Assembly: GCA_965215885.1 (NCBI GenBank)
Contig: CBDCEW010000036.1
Span: 1-64,000 of the forward strand
DNA: 64,000 bases
Origin: Candidatus Moanibacter sp.
Lineage (GTDB): Bacteria > Verrucomicrobiota > Verrucomicrobiia > Opitutales > UBA2987
Reading direction: 5' to 3'
Shown: positions 1-10,581 of the stretch, piece by piece
Layout of the letters: the number at the start of each line of letters is the position of its first letter
How positions within the stretch are numbered: position 1 is the first letter of the stretch
Made by a program: the position numbers and the translations under genes
Notes under the pieces: generated by a model
What the model saw: the letters and a program-made list of their open reading frames with translations, nothing else
Databases searched by the model: none
What the model was told of the DNA's origin: nothing

Positions 1-514
1 GTTTCACTCCCCATCCGGTCTCCATGCTGTTAAGCAGGGAGAGACGGTTCTCAAGCCCGGTTGGGGAACGGAATTGATCAATCTCAGGGAGTATCAGACG
101 GGCGATCCTCAACGCCTCGTGCATTGGAAGGCGAGCGCCCGTGTGCGACGCCTGATGGTGCGGCAGATGAGTGAGGAAAACCAGGATGCATATGTGCTTT
201 TTGTCGAATCGCCGACAGCGGTGTGGAGAGATGCTGAGCAGTTCGAAATCTTGTGCAGTTTCGCGGCATCCCTGGCCGAGGATTTGTATATGGAGCACAG
301 CCTGTGGGGGACTGCCATCAATGATGAGCCGCTCATGCCAGTAAAGAAGCTGAGCGATTTGCACGGGTTTATGGAACAGTTGGCTCGCCTCGAAACTGTC
401 GATCGGTACACTCCCATGGAGGAGATTTCGGATTCGACCGTTATTACATTCGCACCGGGCCACGAAAGAGAGGTAGTCGCAAATGTCGGTGGGAGCAGAG
501 CGGGCGCGGCTTAG
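1..514 (+). CDS. DUF58 domain protein, 3' part (5' truncated by window edge)
   Basis: Frame open from base 2; motif ELINLREYQTGDPQRLVHWKASAR is typical of DUF58; directly upstream of a transglutaminase, as in MoxR-DUF58-TgpA operons. Confidence 0.85.
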   Translation, partial: FHSPSGLHAVKQGETVLKPGWGTELINLREYQTGDPQRLVHWKASARVRRLMVRQMSEENQDAYVLFVESPTAVWRDAEQFEILCSFAASLAEDLYMEHSLWGTAINDEPLMPVKKLSDLHGFMEQLARLETVDRYTPMEEISDSTVITFAPGHEREVVANVGGSRAGAA

Positions 515-2729
515 TTACGAGGAGCTCTATCAGCTCAAGTGGATGGTGGGTGGTCTTCTCGCCCTCGTCTCTCTCTGGACGATGGCTTATCTGGAAGTCC
601 GCGGCGGGGCACTCCTGTTTTTGACTGGCGCTACCGTGGTAGCGACTCTTCTCTGGCCTCGACTTCCCGCCAGAATTCCTTCCGCGGTTTGGAAGGCGGT
701 GACACCGATTTTGATCTTGGTGATCGTTACGGATTTCCTGCTTTCGAAGCCGGATATTATCGCGCCTCTCGTGCGAATGATTATTTTGCTGGTCCTGGTG
801 CGGAGTTTGCAGTACCGGAGACGGCGAGAAGACCTGCAGCTCATTCTCCTCTGCCTGTTTATGGTGGTAATTTCAGGTGTGCTCACACTCTCCCTGACCT
901 TTGCGCTGCAGATTCTGATTTTCACTCCGTGCGCCATGTGCCTGCTCTTCGTTATTAACCTGACGGAGTCTTTTGATCGGAAAAACGAGGTTCCGGCCGG
1001 ACTATGGGATGACTTCCGGTTTCGCCGTTTTGCGGGCCGTGTCATGAAGGTGTTCGATCTTCGTATCCTCGCCTTTGGCGTGCTCATATTTGCTGGTGTC
1101 GTCGTCGTATCCTCTTTCTTCTTCGTCTTAATACCCCGTTTTCGCCTCGACCAGGCCATGCCTTTTCTCAACTTGAAGGGAAAGGCCCGTTCAGGATTCA
1201 GTGACAGCATCAAGTTTGGTGACGTCATCGAAATAATCGAGGATGACAGTGTCGCTCTGCGCGTCGATTTGCCGAGCGGTCAGAACATTCCCGTGGATCC
1301 GTTTTGGCGGATGGTTGTGCTGGACGAGTATCACAACCGCTCATTTCAAATGTCATTCTCCGCGAAAAGGAAAAAGGTATTCTATGTGGATAACAAATTC
1401 CGCAGACCGGGTGGACCGATTCCTACTCCTCGAGTCGATTCGGAGAATGACAGATGGATCTTTTACCTGGAGGGGGGGATCAGCAAATACCTCCCTACGG
1501 TGGGGCTTTTTGGAAGGCTCCGCTTTCAGACTCGGAAGAGTTACGAGTACAAGAAAAACCTGCACGTCTTTAATACGACGAGCATCGGCAGCAGCGTGCT
1601 CTTCTACCAGATAGAGAGTATGGCACCGATGAGTGTATATCCACCGGGACCGGACGATGAGGAACTGTTGGACCTCGGAGTCCTGGCGTTAGCTCCGCTT
1701 AATGATACATTGCACTCTAAGATCGAGTATCCCCAGACGACTCTCGCGGTTCCAGGAGATCGAGCAAACTTCAGCGTGCTGCGGAGAGTCGTGGCGGAGA
1801 TCACTCGAGGCGAGCGATTGAGTTCGCGCGAATTCAGCGCCCGTGCTGCCAAGTACCTCAACGCTCGACACGGTTACTCCCTCAACGTGGCGATTCCACC
1901 GGGAGGAGGAGATGAGATCATCCGCTGGCTGCAGTCCGATCAGCCCGGGCATTGCGAACTGTTCGCCGGCTCGTTCACCTTGCTTGCACGTAGCGCCGGG
2001 TTTCCGACGCGAGTGGTTACAGGCTTCAAGGGTGGCGTTTGGAATGATATAGAGAATTACTATATGATAAGAAACAGCGATGCCCACGCTTGGTGCGAGA
2101 TCTATGACCGCCAGGAAGGCTGGATCCGGGTCGATCCCACTCCCGGTTCCGGATTGACCGGAGCTAACGCGATGGATTCCGCCTTAGCCGGTAGGCTGAA
2201 TCGGGATGTCTCCTGGCGTGCCTACCTGGACAGTCTGCGAATACTCTGGTATCGGCGTATCGTGAATTTTGATGAGGAGCAACAGACGGAAATCGCAGCA
2301 CAGTTGAAAAGTGTGAGCACAGAATATCTAACGCTATTAAAGATGGAAATACAATTGCGATTGCAGGCGCTCCGAGCATGGTTCTTCCAACCTTGGGGAA
2401 GCGCAAAATGGTTGCAGATGGGCGTTTCCCTGACTGCTGCCGTTTTCGTTGTTTTGGTGTGGCGTTATGCCGACGTCTGGATGTCAAGAATGGGTCTCAG
2501 GGGAAGGCTTTTCGGTTTCGAGATTTCCCGGGATCGTGTTCGCCGGCAAGCAGGAAAGCTTGTTGTTAAATTCCGAGAGAAAGGATTGAAGTTTAAATCG
2601 GACCGAGGAATTAGTAAAAGGGAGTGGGACGAGATTTACGGGCAGCTCCTCGCCCTTCGATTCGGCGAAATACAAGATCGCCCGGAAGCGAAACCCATTT
2701 TTCGGTATGCGCGGAGATTGTTAAAATAG
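483..2729 (+). CDS. Membrane transglutaminase-like protein (TgpA/DUF3488 family)
   Basis: N-terminal TM helices; catalytic motifs GHCELFA, DAHAWCEIY, WIRVDPTP. Confidence 0.9.
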   Translation: MSVGAERARLSYEELYQLKWMVGGLLALVSLWTMAYLEVRGGALLFLTGATVVATLLWPRLPARIPSAVWKAVTPILILVIVTDFLLSKPDIIAPLVRMIILLVLVRSLQYRRRREDLQLILLCLFMVVISGVLTLSLTFALQILIFTPCAMCLLFVINLTESFDRKNEVPAGLWDDFRFRRFAGRVMKVFDLRILAFGVLIFAGVVVVSSFFFVLIPRFRLDQAMPFLNLKGKARSGFSDSIKFGDVIEIIEDDSVALRVDLPSGQNIPVDPFWRMVVLDEYHNRSFQMSFSAKRKKVFYVDNKFRRPGGPIPTPRVDSENDRWIFYLEGGISKYLPTVGLFGRLRFQTRKSYEYKKNLHVFNTTSIGSSVLFYQIESMAPMSVYPPGPDDEELLDLGVLALAPLNDTLHSKIEYPQTTLAVPGDRANFSVLRRVVAEITRGERLSSREFSARAAKYLNARHGYSLNVAIPPGGGDEIIRWLQSDQPGHCELFAGSFTLLARSAGFPTRVVTGFKGGVWNDIENYYMIRNSDAHAWCEIYDRQEGWIRVDPTPGSGLTGANAMDSALAGRLNRDVSWRAYLDSLRILWYRRIVNFDEEQQTEIAAQLKSVSTEYLTLLKMEIQLRLQALRAWFFQPWGSAKWLQMGVSLTAAVFVVLVWRYADVWMSRMGLRGRLFGFEISRDRVRRQAGKLVVKFREKGLKFKSDRGISKREWDEIYGQLLALRFGEIQDRPEAKPIFRYARRLLK

Positions 2730-2741
2730 AGGAATCTGAAT

Positions 2742-4661
2742 TCACCTGAATACTAAACCTGACCCGTTCTCCCTGGTTTTGGCGAAGAAGGCTTCCAGGA
2801 CTGCTCTTCCAATGGGGGCGGCAGTCAATCCACCACTGTATTGGTCATCGGGCGAAGTGGCCTCGACGACGACTGCGAGGGCGATTCGCGGGTCTTCGAT
2901 GGGAGCGAAGGCGATGAAGGCGCCGAGGGCGACAGTCTCGTTATTCACTTGAATCTGTGGGGTGCCGGTTTTGGCTGCAATGCGGATGCCGGGAATTCGG
3001 GCCAACCGCGCACTTCCCACCTGGGTGGCTTGTTCCATACCATCGACGATACGCTGATATTGGTGCTCTGTTAGTGGCAGAGGGGTCCCGCCATGATCGA
3101 TCGTGCGGTAGTCGCGCGCAGGCTCATGTATGAGGGTGGGGCGAGTGCGACCTTCTCGGCGAGCAAATGAGGCAACGAAACAGGCCATTTGCAGGGGCGT
3201 CAGTCGGAGATAGCCCTGACCGATGGATAAGTTTGCGGTGTCACCGGGGTACCAGCGATCGTGCCATCGGTTTTGTTTCCACGCTTTATCGGGAACGAGC
3301 ATGCGGCTTGTTTCGTTGGGAAGTTCAACACCTGTTGGGCGGTGAAGGCCGAAGCGTTTTGAGACTTCACTGATTGTGTCGACACCGGTCTGGACTCCGG
3401 TTTGGAAAAAGAAAACGTTGCAACTTTTCAAGATTGCCCATTCCAGGCCGACGGGCCCACGATCACTGTGATTGTTACAGGCGAAGGAGCGGTTGCCAAT
3501 CTTGAAAGAGCCGTAACAGTTCACAGTCGTATCTTCGCGAATGATTCCCTTTTCCTGAGCTGCCATGGCAATGAGAATTTTAAACGTTGAGCCAGGAGGA
3601 TAGAGACCGGCGATGCTGCGATTTAGCCATGCTCCGCGTGCACTGATCTTCTCATATACGCGGTTGGGAATGAAAGGCGAAAGTTCGTTGAGGTTGAAGT
3701 CCGGCCTGCTTGCAAGAACGTATATCTCTCCGGTTTTTACGTCGATCGCGGCTACCGCCCCAATCTTGTCACCGAGGGCATTTTCCGCGGCCAATTGCAG
3801 ATCAATATCGATCGATATGGTAATGTCCTCACCCTTTATGGGAAGTTTGTGCGCAGTTCGTTGATATTGAAACCCCGATGGATCGACTACCCAGATTTCT
3901 CCGCCCGTGGTACCTTGCAGCCTCTTATTGAAACTTTGCTCGAGGCCGGTCCTCCCGGTTTTGCCCTTGAAAGAAATGGTAGTGAGGTCGGCGCCAGGGA
4001 GTCCTTCCCGGGGGACTTCAAAAGTGGCGCCGATAAATCCCAGGGTATGAGCGGCGGCCGATCGGAACGGATAGTGGCGCGCGCTGTCAGTGTGAATCTG
4101 AATTGGCGATTGGACTGGAATAAGTTCGATCAGCTTTGCGTACTCCTCAGGTAAGAGATCTTTGATCAGGGGTAGAGGGAGAAGGAGATTCTGCCTGAAA
4201 TGCCTCTCTAAATCGCGTCTGTCGACCCGGTCTTCGCGGCCGAGTATGCGGTTGATTCGGGCGAGATAGCTTTGTACGACCTCGCTGCGCGCCCGAATAT
4301 TCAACTCATTGCGATCAATTTTCCGATTCGTCTCCCGTGCCCTGCGTACCAGTTCGATATATTTCCGGTTAAATTCGGGGCGGAGTTCGCCAAGATAAAC
4401 TACGGCTGAAAAATGGGGCCGGTTTCCCACCAGGAGGCGTCCTTCGCGATCATAAATATTACCCCGAGGGCCAGGGAGTAGGATGCGTCTGAGATTCTGT
4501 TTCTTTTCCTGTTCGCGATAGACGCTGCCCCGAATAACCTGCCTGTATGCCAGCATCGCCAGGAGGACGGAGAAGAGTAGACAGAGAATCAAATAGAAAA
4601 GGCGAAGTCGAGGATTCTGATTCCTGTAAATTTCAAAAAGGCGTTCTTCTTCAATCCGCAT
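2742..4661 (-). CDS. mrdA: Penicillin-binding protein 2
   Basis: PRGNIYDREG dimerization motif; SxxK (GSTFK), SxN (SCN), KTG motifs; downstream of mreBCD. Confidence 0.92.
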   Translation of the reverse strand: MRIEEERLFEIYRNQNPRLRLFYLILCLLFSVLLAMLAYRQVIRGSVYREQEKKQNLRRILLPGPRGNIYDREGRLLVGNRPHFSAVVYLGELRPEFNRKYIELVRRARETNRKIDRNELNIRARSEVVQSYLARINRILGREDRVDRRDLERHFRQNLLLPLPLIKDLLPEEYAKLIELIPVQSPIQIHTDSARHYPFRSAAAHTLGFIGATFEVPREGLPGADLTTISFKGKTGRTGLEQSFNKRLQGTTGGEIWVVDPSGFQYQRTAHKLPIKGEDITISIDIDLQLAAENALGDKIGAVAAIDVKTGEIYVLASRPDFNLNELSPFIPNRVYEKISARGAWLNRSIAGLYPPGSTFKILIAMAAQEKGIIREDTTVNCYGSFKIGNRSFACNNHSDRGPVGLEWAILKSCNVFFFQTGVQTGVDTISEVSKRFGLHRPTGVELPNETSRMLVPDKAWKQNRWHDRWYPGDTANLSIGQGYLRLTPLQMACFVASFARREGRTRPTLIHEPARDYRTIDHGGTPLPLTEHQYQRIVDGMEQATQVGSARLARIPGIRIAAKTGTPQIQVNNETVALGAFIAFAPIEDPRIALAVVVEATSPDDQYSGGLTAAPIGRAVLEAFFAKTRENGSGLVFR

Positions 4662-4666
4662 CTTGC

Positions 4667-5194
4667 TTAGAATACCTTTAGCTCTGAAGCCAGATCAATC
4701 CCCAGGTAAAGAAGAAGAATTCGTTGCAAATTCAAATACCAGGGGGCTGTAATTGCTATGACGACCTCAGATAAGAAAAGATCCGTAATAAGCCTTATCC
4801 AGAACCATCCGCTCATGATCCCCTCTCTTTCCGTGACAAGGGTAAAAGTTAAGATGATAAGCAGGTTTACCACTAGAGCAATGAGGATAACATGGTAGGG
4901 GTTCTCCCTGCGCAGCCGTATCTTCATCCTCCCGATTGTGAGAAGCGCGATCGTATAGATCATCAGGTTAGTTCCAAAGTGTGAAGGGAGAACGGCATCT
5001 ACCGTCAATGCTGATGCCGCGGTGATAATCAACCCGTGGTAATTACTGAAATAGAGCGCGGCAAATAGTATATATAGAGCATCGAGAGAGAGATAGATCC
5101 CTTTTGCTCCCAGGACGGCGTTTAGCTGATTTACGAAAAAGTAGAGAAGCGCATTTACAATCAGTATGATAAGGAGCCGGTTGTCGGAATTCAT
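4667..5194 (-). CDS. mreD: Rod shape-determining protein MreD-like membrane protein
   Basis: 175-aa polytopic hydrophobic ORF between mreC and pbp2; overlaps mreC stop by 4 bp; call is mostly positional. Confidence 0.65.
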   Translation of the reverse strand: MNSDNRLLIILIVNALLYFFVNQLNAVLGAKGIYLSLDALYILFAALYFSNYHGLIITAASALTVDAVLPSHFGTNLMIYTIALLTIGRMKIRLRRENPYHVILIALVVNLLIILTFTLVTEREGIMSGWFWIRLITDLFLSEVVIAITAPWYLNLQRILLLYLGIDLASELKVF

Positions 5195-6030
5195 TGTTCT
5201 GCTCCTTCAATTTCGATCGGCAAAAGCACCGCAACTTCCTTCAAACCCAGTAGCCTCTTGTCCAGGATTACCTTGCCGCGCTTTAGAAGACCGTCCGGGT
5301 TCGGGGTGAGTCGATCGGCCCAGCCGATCGTCAATCCGTCGGGAAAGACTCCTCCCAAACGAGAAGAGACGAGGCGACGTGGGGCACCGGTAGAGATTAT
5401 AATGTCCGGCTGAACGTTCACCACTTCACCCATCGGTGGCTGAAAAGGTAGATTGACGCCTCCCTGAAATGTTACCGGTCGATCGTCATCCTCGAATTGT
5501 GCGGCAACGCGGAACGACCGGCTGCTTACGAGCTCGACAACAGATGTGTAGAGGTGCACTTCCTTGATCCGGCCGACGACACCACCGGAATAGACCACGG
5601 CGTTTCCCTCCACTATTCCGTAATTCCGTCCTTTGCGAATGATGAATTGGTGCCACCAGTTACTCAGATCTCTCCTCACAACCCGTGAAATTTCGTAGCG
5701 GAATTCCGGATGCGATGGTAGGTTCAGGAGTTTCTCAAGCCGGAAAACCTCCGCGCGCAGGGTTTCGTTCTCCTGAAAACGTAGTTCATATGCAGCGTTG
5801 AGGCGGGCAAGATCCTGCCCCGCTTCGAAGAGCTCCAGTTTTGAATGATTTCGTGTTGACCAGAACTCCTGCATACCGTCCACGAAAGAAGCAGCGGTCC
5901 ATAAAGGCGCCTGAAACTCGAAAAAGCTAACGCGGAGAAAGGATTTAACGGCCATCGGTATCAGCCACCAAGCTCCCAGGATGCCGAGTAGCATCAGAGG
6001 TGGCTTCGCCAGATTTAAAAAGCGAATCAT
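5191..6030 (-). CDS. mreC: Rod shape-determining protein MreC
   Basis: TM plus coiled coil (ENETLRAEVFRLEKLL), GVVGRI and SSRLGGVFPDGLTIG motifs; follows mreB. Confidence 0.9.
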   Translation of the reverse strand: MIRFLNLAKPPLMLLGILGAWWLIPMAVKSFLRVSFFEFQAPLWTAASFVDGMQEFWSTRNHSKLELFEAGQDLARLNAAYELRFQENETLRAEVFRLEKLLNLPSHPEFRYEISRVVRRDLSNWWHQFIIRKGRNYGIVEGNAVVYSGGVVGRIKEVHLYTSVVELVSSRSFRVAAQFEDDDRPVTFQGGVNLPFQPPMGEVVNVQPDIIISTGAPRRLVSSRLGGVFPDGLTIGWADRLTPNPDGLLKRGKVILDKRLLGLKEVAVLLPIEIEGAEQ

Positions 6031-6067
6031 GACGGGAGCCGACGACCGAAGTGACTATTTCTAAGAA

Positions 6068-7090
6068 TCAGACACTTCGCTGCTTTAACAGCCAGTTTAA
6101 ATTCTGGAGAACCACTCCGGTTCCGTTTGCCACCGCGCTTAAAGCATCTTCCGCCTGCAACACGGGTACACCGGTGGCTTCGCTAAGCAAACCTTCGATT
6201 CCACGAATTAGGGCCCCACCTCCAGCGAGAAAAAATCCGCGATCCACAAGATCGGCGGACAGCTCCGGGGGACAGCGTTCAAGAGCGTTTCGGACCAGTT
6301 CAACAATGGAATTGTGCGTGTCTGCAAGCGCTTCGCGAATCTCCTGGGAAGAAATGTGAAGAGTCTTTGGAAGACCGGCAACCGAGTCACGCCCTTTCAC
6401 TTCCAAAGTCAGCTCGTTCTCGATGGGAGTGGCGGAGCCGATGCGTATTTTGATCTCCTCCGCGGTCCGTTCCCCAATCATCAGATTATAAGCCCGCTTC
6501 ATATAATTGATGATCGAAGCATCCATTTCGTCTCCTCCAACTCGGATGCTTCTGGTGTAAACGATGTCGGCATAGGAAATGATAGCGACCTCGGTTGTGC
6601 CGCCCCCGATGTCTACGATCATATTAGCGGTCGGTTCATCAATAGGCAGGCCCACACCTATAGCCGCCGCCATCGGTTCCTGCAAAAGCATCACTTCGCG
6701 CGCTCCCGCGTGGGTGGCGGATTCTTTTACGGCACGGCGTTCAACCTCTGTTATGCCTGAGGGAACGGCGACCACGACTCGAGGAGGAGCAAATTTGATG
6801 TTCTTGTTGACCTTTCCGATGAAGTAACGAAGCATCGCTTCGGTGATTTCGAAGTCGGCGATTACGCCATCCTTCATCGGACGCATTGCAGTGATGCTGC
6901 CGGGAGTTCGGCCGAGCATGCGTTTCGCTTCTTGTCCAACAGCAATGACTTTGCGATTGGAATTCTGAATGGCGACAACGCTGGGTTCTCTTAGCACGAT
7001 GCCTCTATCTCTGACGAAGACGAGGGTATTTGCTGTGCCCAAATCGATACCGATGTCGTTCGAAAATAAGCCGAATACTTTACCGAGCAT
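6068..7090 (-). CDS. mreB: Rod shape-determining protein MreB
   Basis: DIGIDLGTANT, EPMAAAIG, DIGGGTTE, AGGGAL actin-like motifs. Confidence 0.97.
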   Translation of the reverse strand: MLGKVFGLFSNDIGIDLGTANTLVFVRDRGIVLREPSVVAIQNSNRKVIAVGQEAKRMLGRTPGSITAMRPMKDGVIADFEITEAMLRYFIGKVNKNIKFAPPRVVVAVPSGITEVERRAVKESATHAGAREVMLLQEPMAAAIGVGLPIDEPTANMIVDIGGGTTEVAIISYADIVYTRSIRVGGDEMDASIINYMKRAYNLMIGERTAEEIKIRIGSATPIENELTLEVKGRDSVAGLPKTLHISSQEIREALADTHNSIVELVRNALERCPPELSADLVDRGFFLAGGGALIRGIEGLLSEATGVPVLQAEDALSAVANGTGVVLQNLNWLLKQRSV

Positions 7091-7191
7091 ATAAACGGGG
7101 TATCTTTAGCGATGGCAGATCCATCTACTTTCTTTTATGATCTAGCGGAAATGTCAAAAAATAAATCAGGAGATTTTTCATTTTCATCCAT

Positions 7192-7224
7192 GGAATCTGT
7201 CGGAACGTAAGTCCGACAGGTTCC
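7192..7224. repeat. Intergenic hairpin GGAATCTGTCGGA-N7-TCCGACAGGTTCC (dispersed repeat family member)
   Basis: 13-bp inverted repeat with one mismatch; the same half-site recurs at 38372 and 40516. Confidence 0.7.
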
Positions 7225-7253
7225 TGGTGAGGTTCTGATTAAAAAGGGAAAAT

Positions 7254-9575
7254 ATGGAGCAGGAATTGAATCAGGCTGTTGTCGTTGAGAACAGCAGTCT
7301 GATTTTTGATTTGGGTGTCATTATCGCTTGTGCCGCTCTCGTCTCGATTATCTTTCACCGGCTGCGTCTGCCGGTGATATTTGGCTATCTCCTTACGGGC
7401 CTGCTTCTCGGTCCGCACCTTTTCGCATACTCTCCCCTTGAAGACCTCCGAACAGTACGGGAACTTAGCGAACTGGGAATCGTATTTCTCTTTTTCGTTA
7501 TTGGGATGGATTTCGATTTGCGGCGCCTTCAGCGACTGGTTGGTCCGGCCTTCCTCGCTCTGGCGCTTCAGGCTTTGGGGATGATATTTTTTGCCATGCT
7601 CTTCGGGCCGATCTTGCGCTGGAATCCGCTCACCAGTCTCTTTCTGGGCTCTCTTCTTACGATCAGTTCTTCCATGGTCACGATTCGAGTGATGCAGGAT
7701 CAGAAAAGGATCGATCATCCACATGGGCAACTCGCACTAGCGATCCTGATCCTTGAGGACATCCTGGCGGTAATGATGCTTGTCGTGCTTACCGGTGTTT
7801 CCGTAACCGGACACCTGGAGATGGGTGCGGTTTGGCTGGTGACTTTCGGAATTGGTGTATTCGTGGTGATGGTATTCATTACAGGTAGAATAATCGCACC
7901 GGGTCTTCTTAATGTGATCCATCAAATTGGCAGTATCGAGCTAATTACGATATTCTCTGTCGGTTTTGTTCTGGGAGTGAGTGTACTCGCTCAAAAGTTT
8001 CACTTTTCCGTTGCCTTGGGCGCGTTCCTGGCAGGAGCCATAATCTCTCAATCCGCACTCATCGAAGAAATCGAGAAAAGCACTCTGCCTTTGCGGGATA
8101 TTTTCAGTGCTCTTTTTTTCGTTTCCATCGGTATGTTAATCGACCCCGCCATCCTGATTAATTCCTGGGCCTGGATTCTGCTGCTTTCGACTATCGTCAT
8201 CATTGGAAAGACATTGAGTTGCTGGATCGGCCTCTTTCTGGCGGGACAGTCTTCGAAAAGCAGCTTTCGAGCGGCTGTTGCCAAGTGCCAGATTGGGGAG
8301 TTCAGCTTTGTGATTGCATACTTAGGGTCATCCCTCGGAGTAACAGATGAGAGACTGACGAGCTTGGCCGTAGGTGTAGCGCTTGTAACTATTCTCGCGA
8401 CACCCATTCTCAGCCTGCATTCGGAGGAACTCTTCGGCCTGATATTGCGGCGAACTCCTGAGCCGGTGCTCCTGATTTCGAGATTTTACCGCAATCTCAT
8501 CGAGGCAGTGCAGGGAGCGTTAAGCAGCTATTCACTCTTACGACTTCTGAAGCGGCCCGTAGTCCAAAATCTCGTTTATTTCTTCCTTATCAATGGAATT
8601 ATCATCCTTGCTTATCTGACGGCGAATTTCATGCAGACCGGGATCGTGTCAAGTTACGATGCCTGGTTTCAAAGTGGCATCTGGCTCCTGGCGGCTTTGG
8701 CTGTTGTTCCGGTATTGGTTGCCCTGGTCCGCAATCTGAACGCGATGGTCATGATTCTTACGGAAGCGGCTCTGAAACAGCTATCTACAGATCAGTCGGT
8801 TCGCGGTCGAATGCGCAATGCTCTGAATTCCGCGGTGTTGTTTGTTGTCCACATTATCGTTGCGGGGATATTTCTATCCGCTGCGGCACGTTACTTTCCG
8901 AGTGGTTTGGCTCTCGCTCTTTTTCTAACCCTTCTGATCATTTCGGCGCTTCTATTCTGGCGTCGAATCAATGTCTTCCAGAGTCAATTGGAGTATATGT
9001 TCCTGGAGAGCTTCAACCAGCACCTGCATGATCGCGAAGAGCAACGGAGAGAATCCGTCCTTACCGAGATTACCGACAAATACCCGTGGCCGATAAAACT
9101 GCGAGAGGTCACTATTTCCGATGGCACGCTCCCCAGCGGCAGACGCATAATCGATTTGAATCTGCGCGAGAAAACGGGGTGCACGATTCTCGCTCTTGGA
9201 AGAGGAAACGATCAAGTCATCGATCCCTCCCCAGAGGCACCCCTGTTTCCCGGTGATCGGCTCGTCCTGCTCGGCAGCAAGGCTCAGCACAGCAAGGCCG
9301 AGAGTTTGCTGGCCATGCGGATCCCGCGCGAGCAACGCCCTCGGGCGCTCGGATTTGAGGTCGAGAAATTCTACCTGAAACCTGATTCGCCTTTAGTCGG
9401 CAATACGCTGGCGGGAGCCGATCTTCGCCGGCGCTACGGAATAACTGTGATTGGCATCCAGAGAGGAGCGGAACGGGTCACAGCACCCTCTTCGAATGAA
9501 CGCATGAATGCGGGCGACGTTCTCTTTGTCGTGGGAAGCCGCCAGCTTATAGTTGAGTTTGAGAAATCGCTGTAA
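7254..9575 (+). CDS. CPA2 cation:proton antiporter with two C-terminal RCK_C (TrkA-C) domains
   Basis: Many TM helices, ILEDI and QIGEFSFV motifs; two TrkA-C repeats (LNLREKTGCTILAL, ADLRRRYGITVIGI). Confidence 0.9.
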   Translation: MEQELNQAVVVENSSLIFDLGVIIACAALVSIIFHRLRLPVIFGYLLTGLLLGPHLFAYSPLEDLRTVRELSELGIVFLFFVIGMDFDLRRLQRLVGPAFLALALQALGMIFFAMLFGPILRWNPLTSLFLGSLLTISSSMVTIRVMQDQKRIDHPHGQLALAILILEDILAVMMLVVLTGVSVTGHLEMGAVWLVTFGIGVFVVMVFITGRIIAPGLLNVIHQIGSIELITIFSVGFVLGVSVLAQKFHFSVALGAFLAGAIISQSALIEEIEKSTLPLRDIFSALFFVSIGMLIDPAILINSWAWILLLSTIVIIGKTLSCWIGLFLAGQSSKSSFRAAVAKCQIGEFSFVIAYLGSSLGVTDERLTSLAVGVALVTILATPILSLHSEELFGLILRRTPEPVLLISRFYRNLIEAVQGALSSYSLLRLLKRPVVQNLVYFFLINGIIILAYLTANFMQTGIVSSYDAWFQSGIWLLAALAVVPVLVALVRNLNAMVMILTEAALKQLSTDQSVRGRMRNALNSAVLFVVHIIVAGIFLSAAARYFPSGLALALFLTLLIISALLFWRRINVFQSQLEYMFLESFNQHLHDREEQRRESVLTEITDKYPWPIKLREVTISDGTLPSGRRIIDLNLREKTGCTILALGRGNDQVIDPSPEAPLFPGDRLVLLGSKAQHSKAESLLAMRIPREQRPRALGFEVEKFYLKPDSPLVGNTLAGADLRRRYGITVIGIQRGAERVTAPSSNERMNAGDVLFVVGSRQLIVEFEKSL

Positions 9576-9606
9576 TTTGAACGCCACGCCACGACCTGGG
9601 GCCTGA

Positions 9607-10482
9607 CTAATCGGGAACGCCGTGGTCTGCCGTTGGGCTGCTTTTCTTTTGGCAGGCAATTACTGCTAGAAACATTATTCCGCCCCCTACCATCAGTCTT
9701 GGTATATGTGCCTGTTCACCGAATAGGAGGAGGGAAACTGCTACGGCGAGGGGAATTTTAATGTTGTTGAAAACTGCGAGGGTTCCGGTATTCGTCTTTA
9801 CCGCTCCGATATTCCAGAGGAAAAATCCAATTCCCGATGGCAGGATTCCGAGGTAGAGTAGGACAAGAATCTGATTTCCATGGAGATTCGTGATATCGTT
9901 CCAACCACCACTGACGCTTGTTGATAATGTGGTTACAAGAAGGGCGCCAAGATAGAGTAGTGCGAAGGTTTCACGATCTCTTGTTCTCCCAGTCTCCTCT
10001 CTTACTCGTCGATATTCAATCTGGCCGAAGGCGAAGCAGAGATTTGAGATCTGCATGATAAGAAAACCGTAAAGAATGCCTTCAAAGGATCCCCCTTTGT
10101 AGCGGATAACCGCTGCACCCAATACGGCAGACAACGCCATCGTAAGATGGAAAAGCTGAATTCTCCGCTCATAGAGATCATTTATAAAAATGACGTATAT
10201 CGGTGTCAGAATCGTAAATAGGGCCACCTGATAAGCCTGCAGGAATGCGTAAGCGTAGAGATATGTGCTGTACATAATCCCATATTGCACGGCACCAATG
10301 AGCAACAACCGGTTAGCTGCTCGAACAGACAGATGTCTCCATCGCAGAAAAGGTAAAAACAGTAAGAGAGACAGCATCATTCTCGCCCAGGCGACGAAGC
10401 TTGCGTCGACCTCCGCGAGATGAGACTTTATGAGGCCGAAAGAGAAGGCCCATATAAAGCAAACGATCGCGAGGTATAGCAC
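9607..10482 (-). CDS. EamA/DMT family transporter
   Basis: About 10 TM helices, IWAFSFGLIK N-terminus, duplicated EamA architecture. Confidence 0.88.
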   Translation of the reverse strand: MLYLAIVCFIWAFSFGLIKSHLAEVDASFVAWARMMLSLLLFLPFLRWRHLSVRAANRLLLIGAVQYGIMYSTYLYAYAFLQAYQVALFTILTPIYVIFINDLYERRIQLFHLTMALSAVLGAAVIRYKGGSFEGILYGFLIMQISNLCFAFGQIEYRRVREETGRTRDRETFALLYLGALLVTTLSTSVSGGWNDITNLHGNQILVLLYLGILPSGIGFFLWNIGAVKTNTGTLAVFNNIKIPLAVAVSLLLFGEQAHIPRLMVGGGIMFLAVIACQKKSSPTADHGVPD

Positions 10483-10493
10483 TTAGTACAAGG

Positions 10494-10552
10494 AAAAACC
10501 CACGACGATAAAAGCAGACCGGCAGTGCGATTGTCCTCTTACCGTGTGGGTT
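10494..10552 (-). terminator. Long hairpin plus U-tract between the AP2 gene and the EamA gene
   Basis: Minus strand AACCCACACGGTAAGA...TTTTATCGTCGTGGGTT followed by TTT. Confidence 0.45.
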
Positions 10553-10581
10553 GAACCCAAATCTCTTCCAGAAGAGTTGAA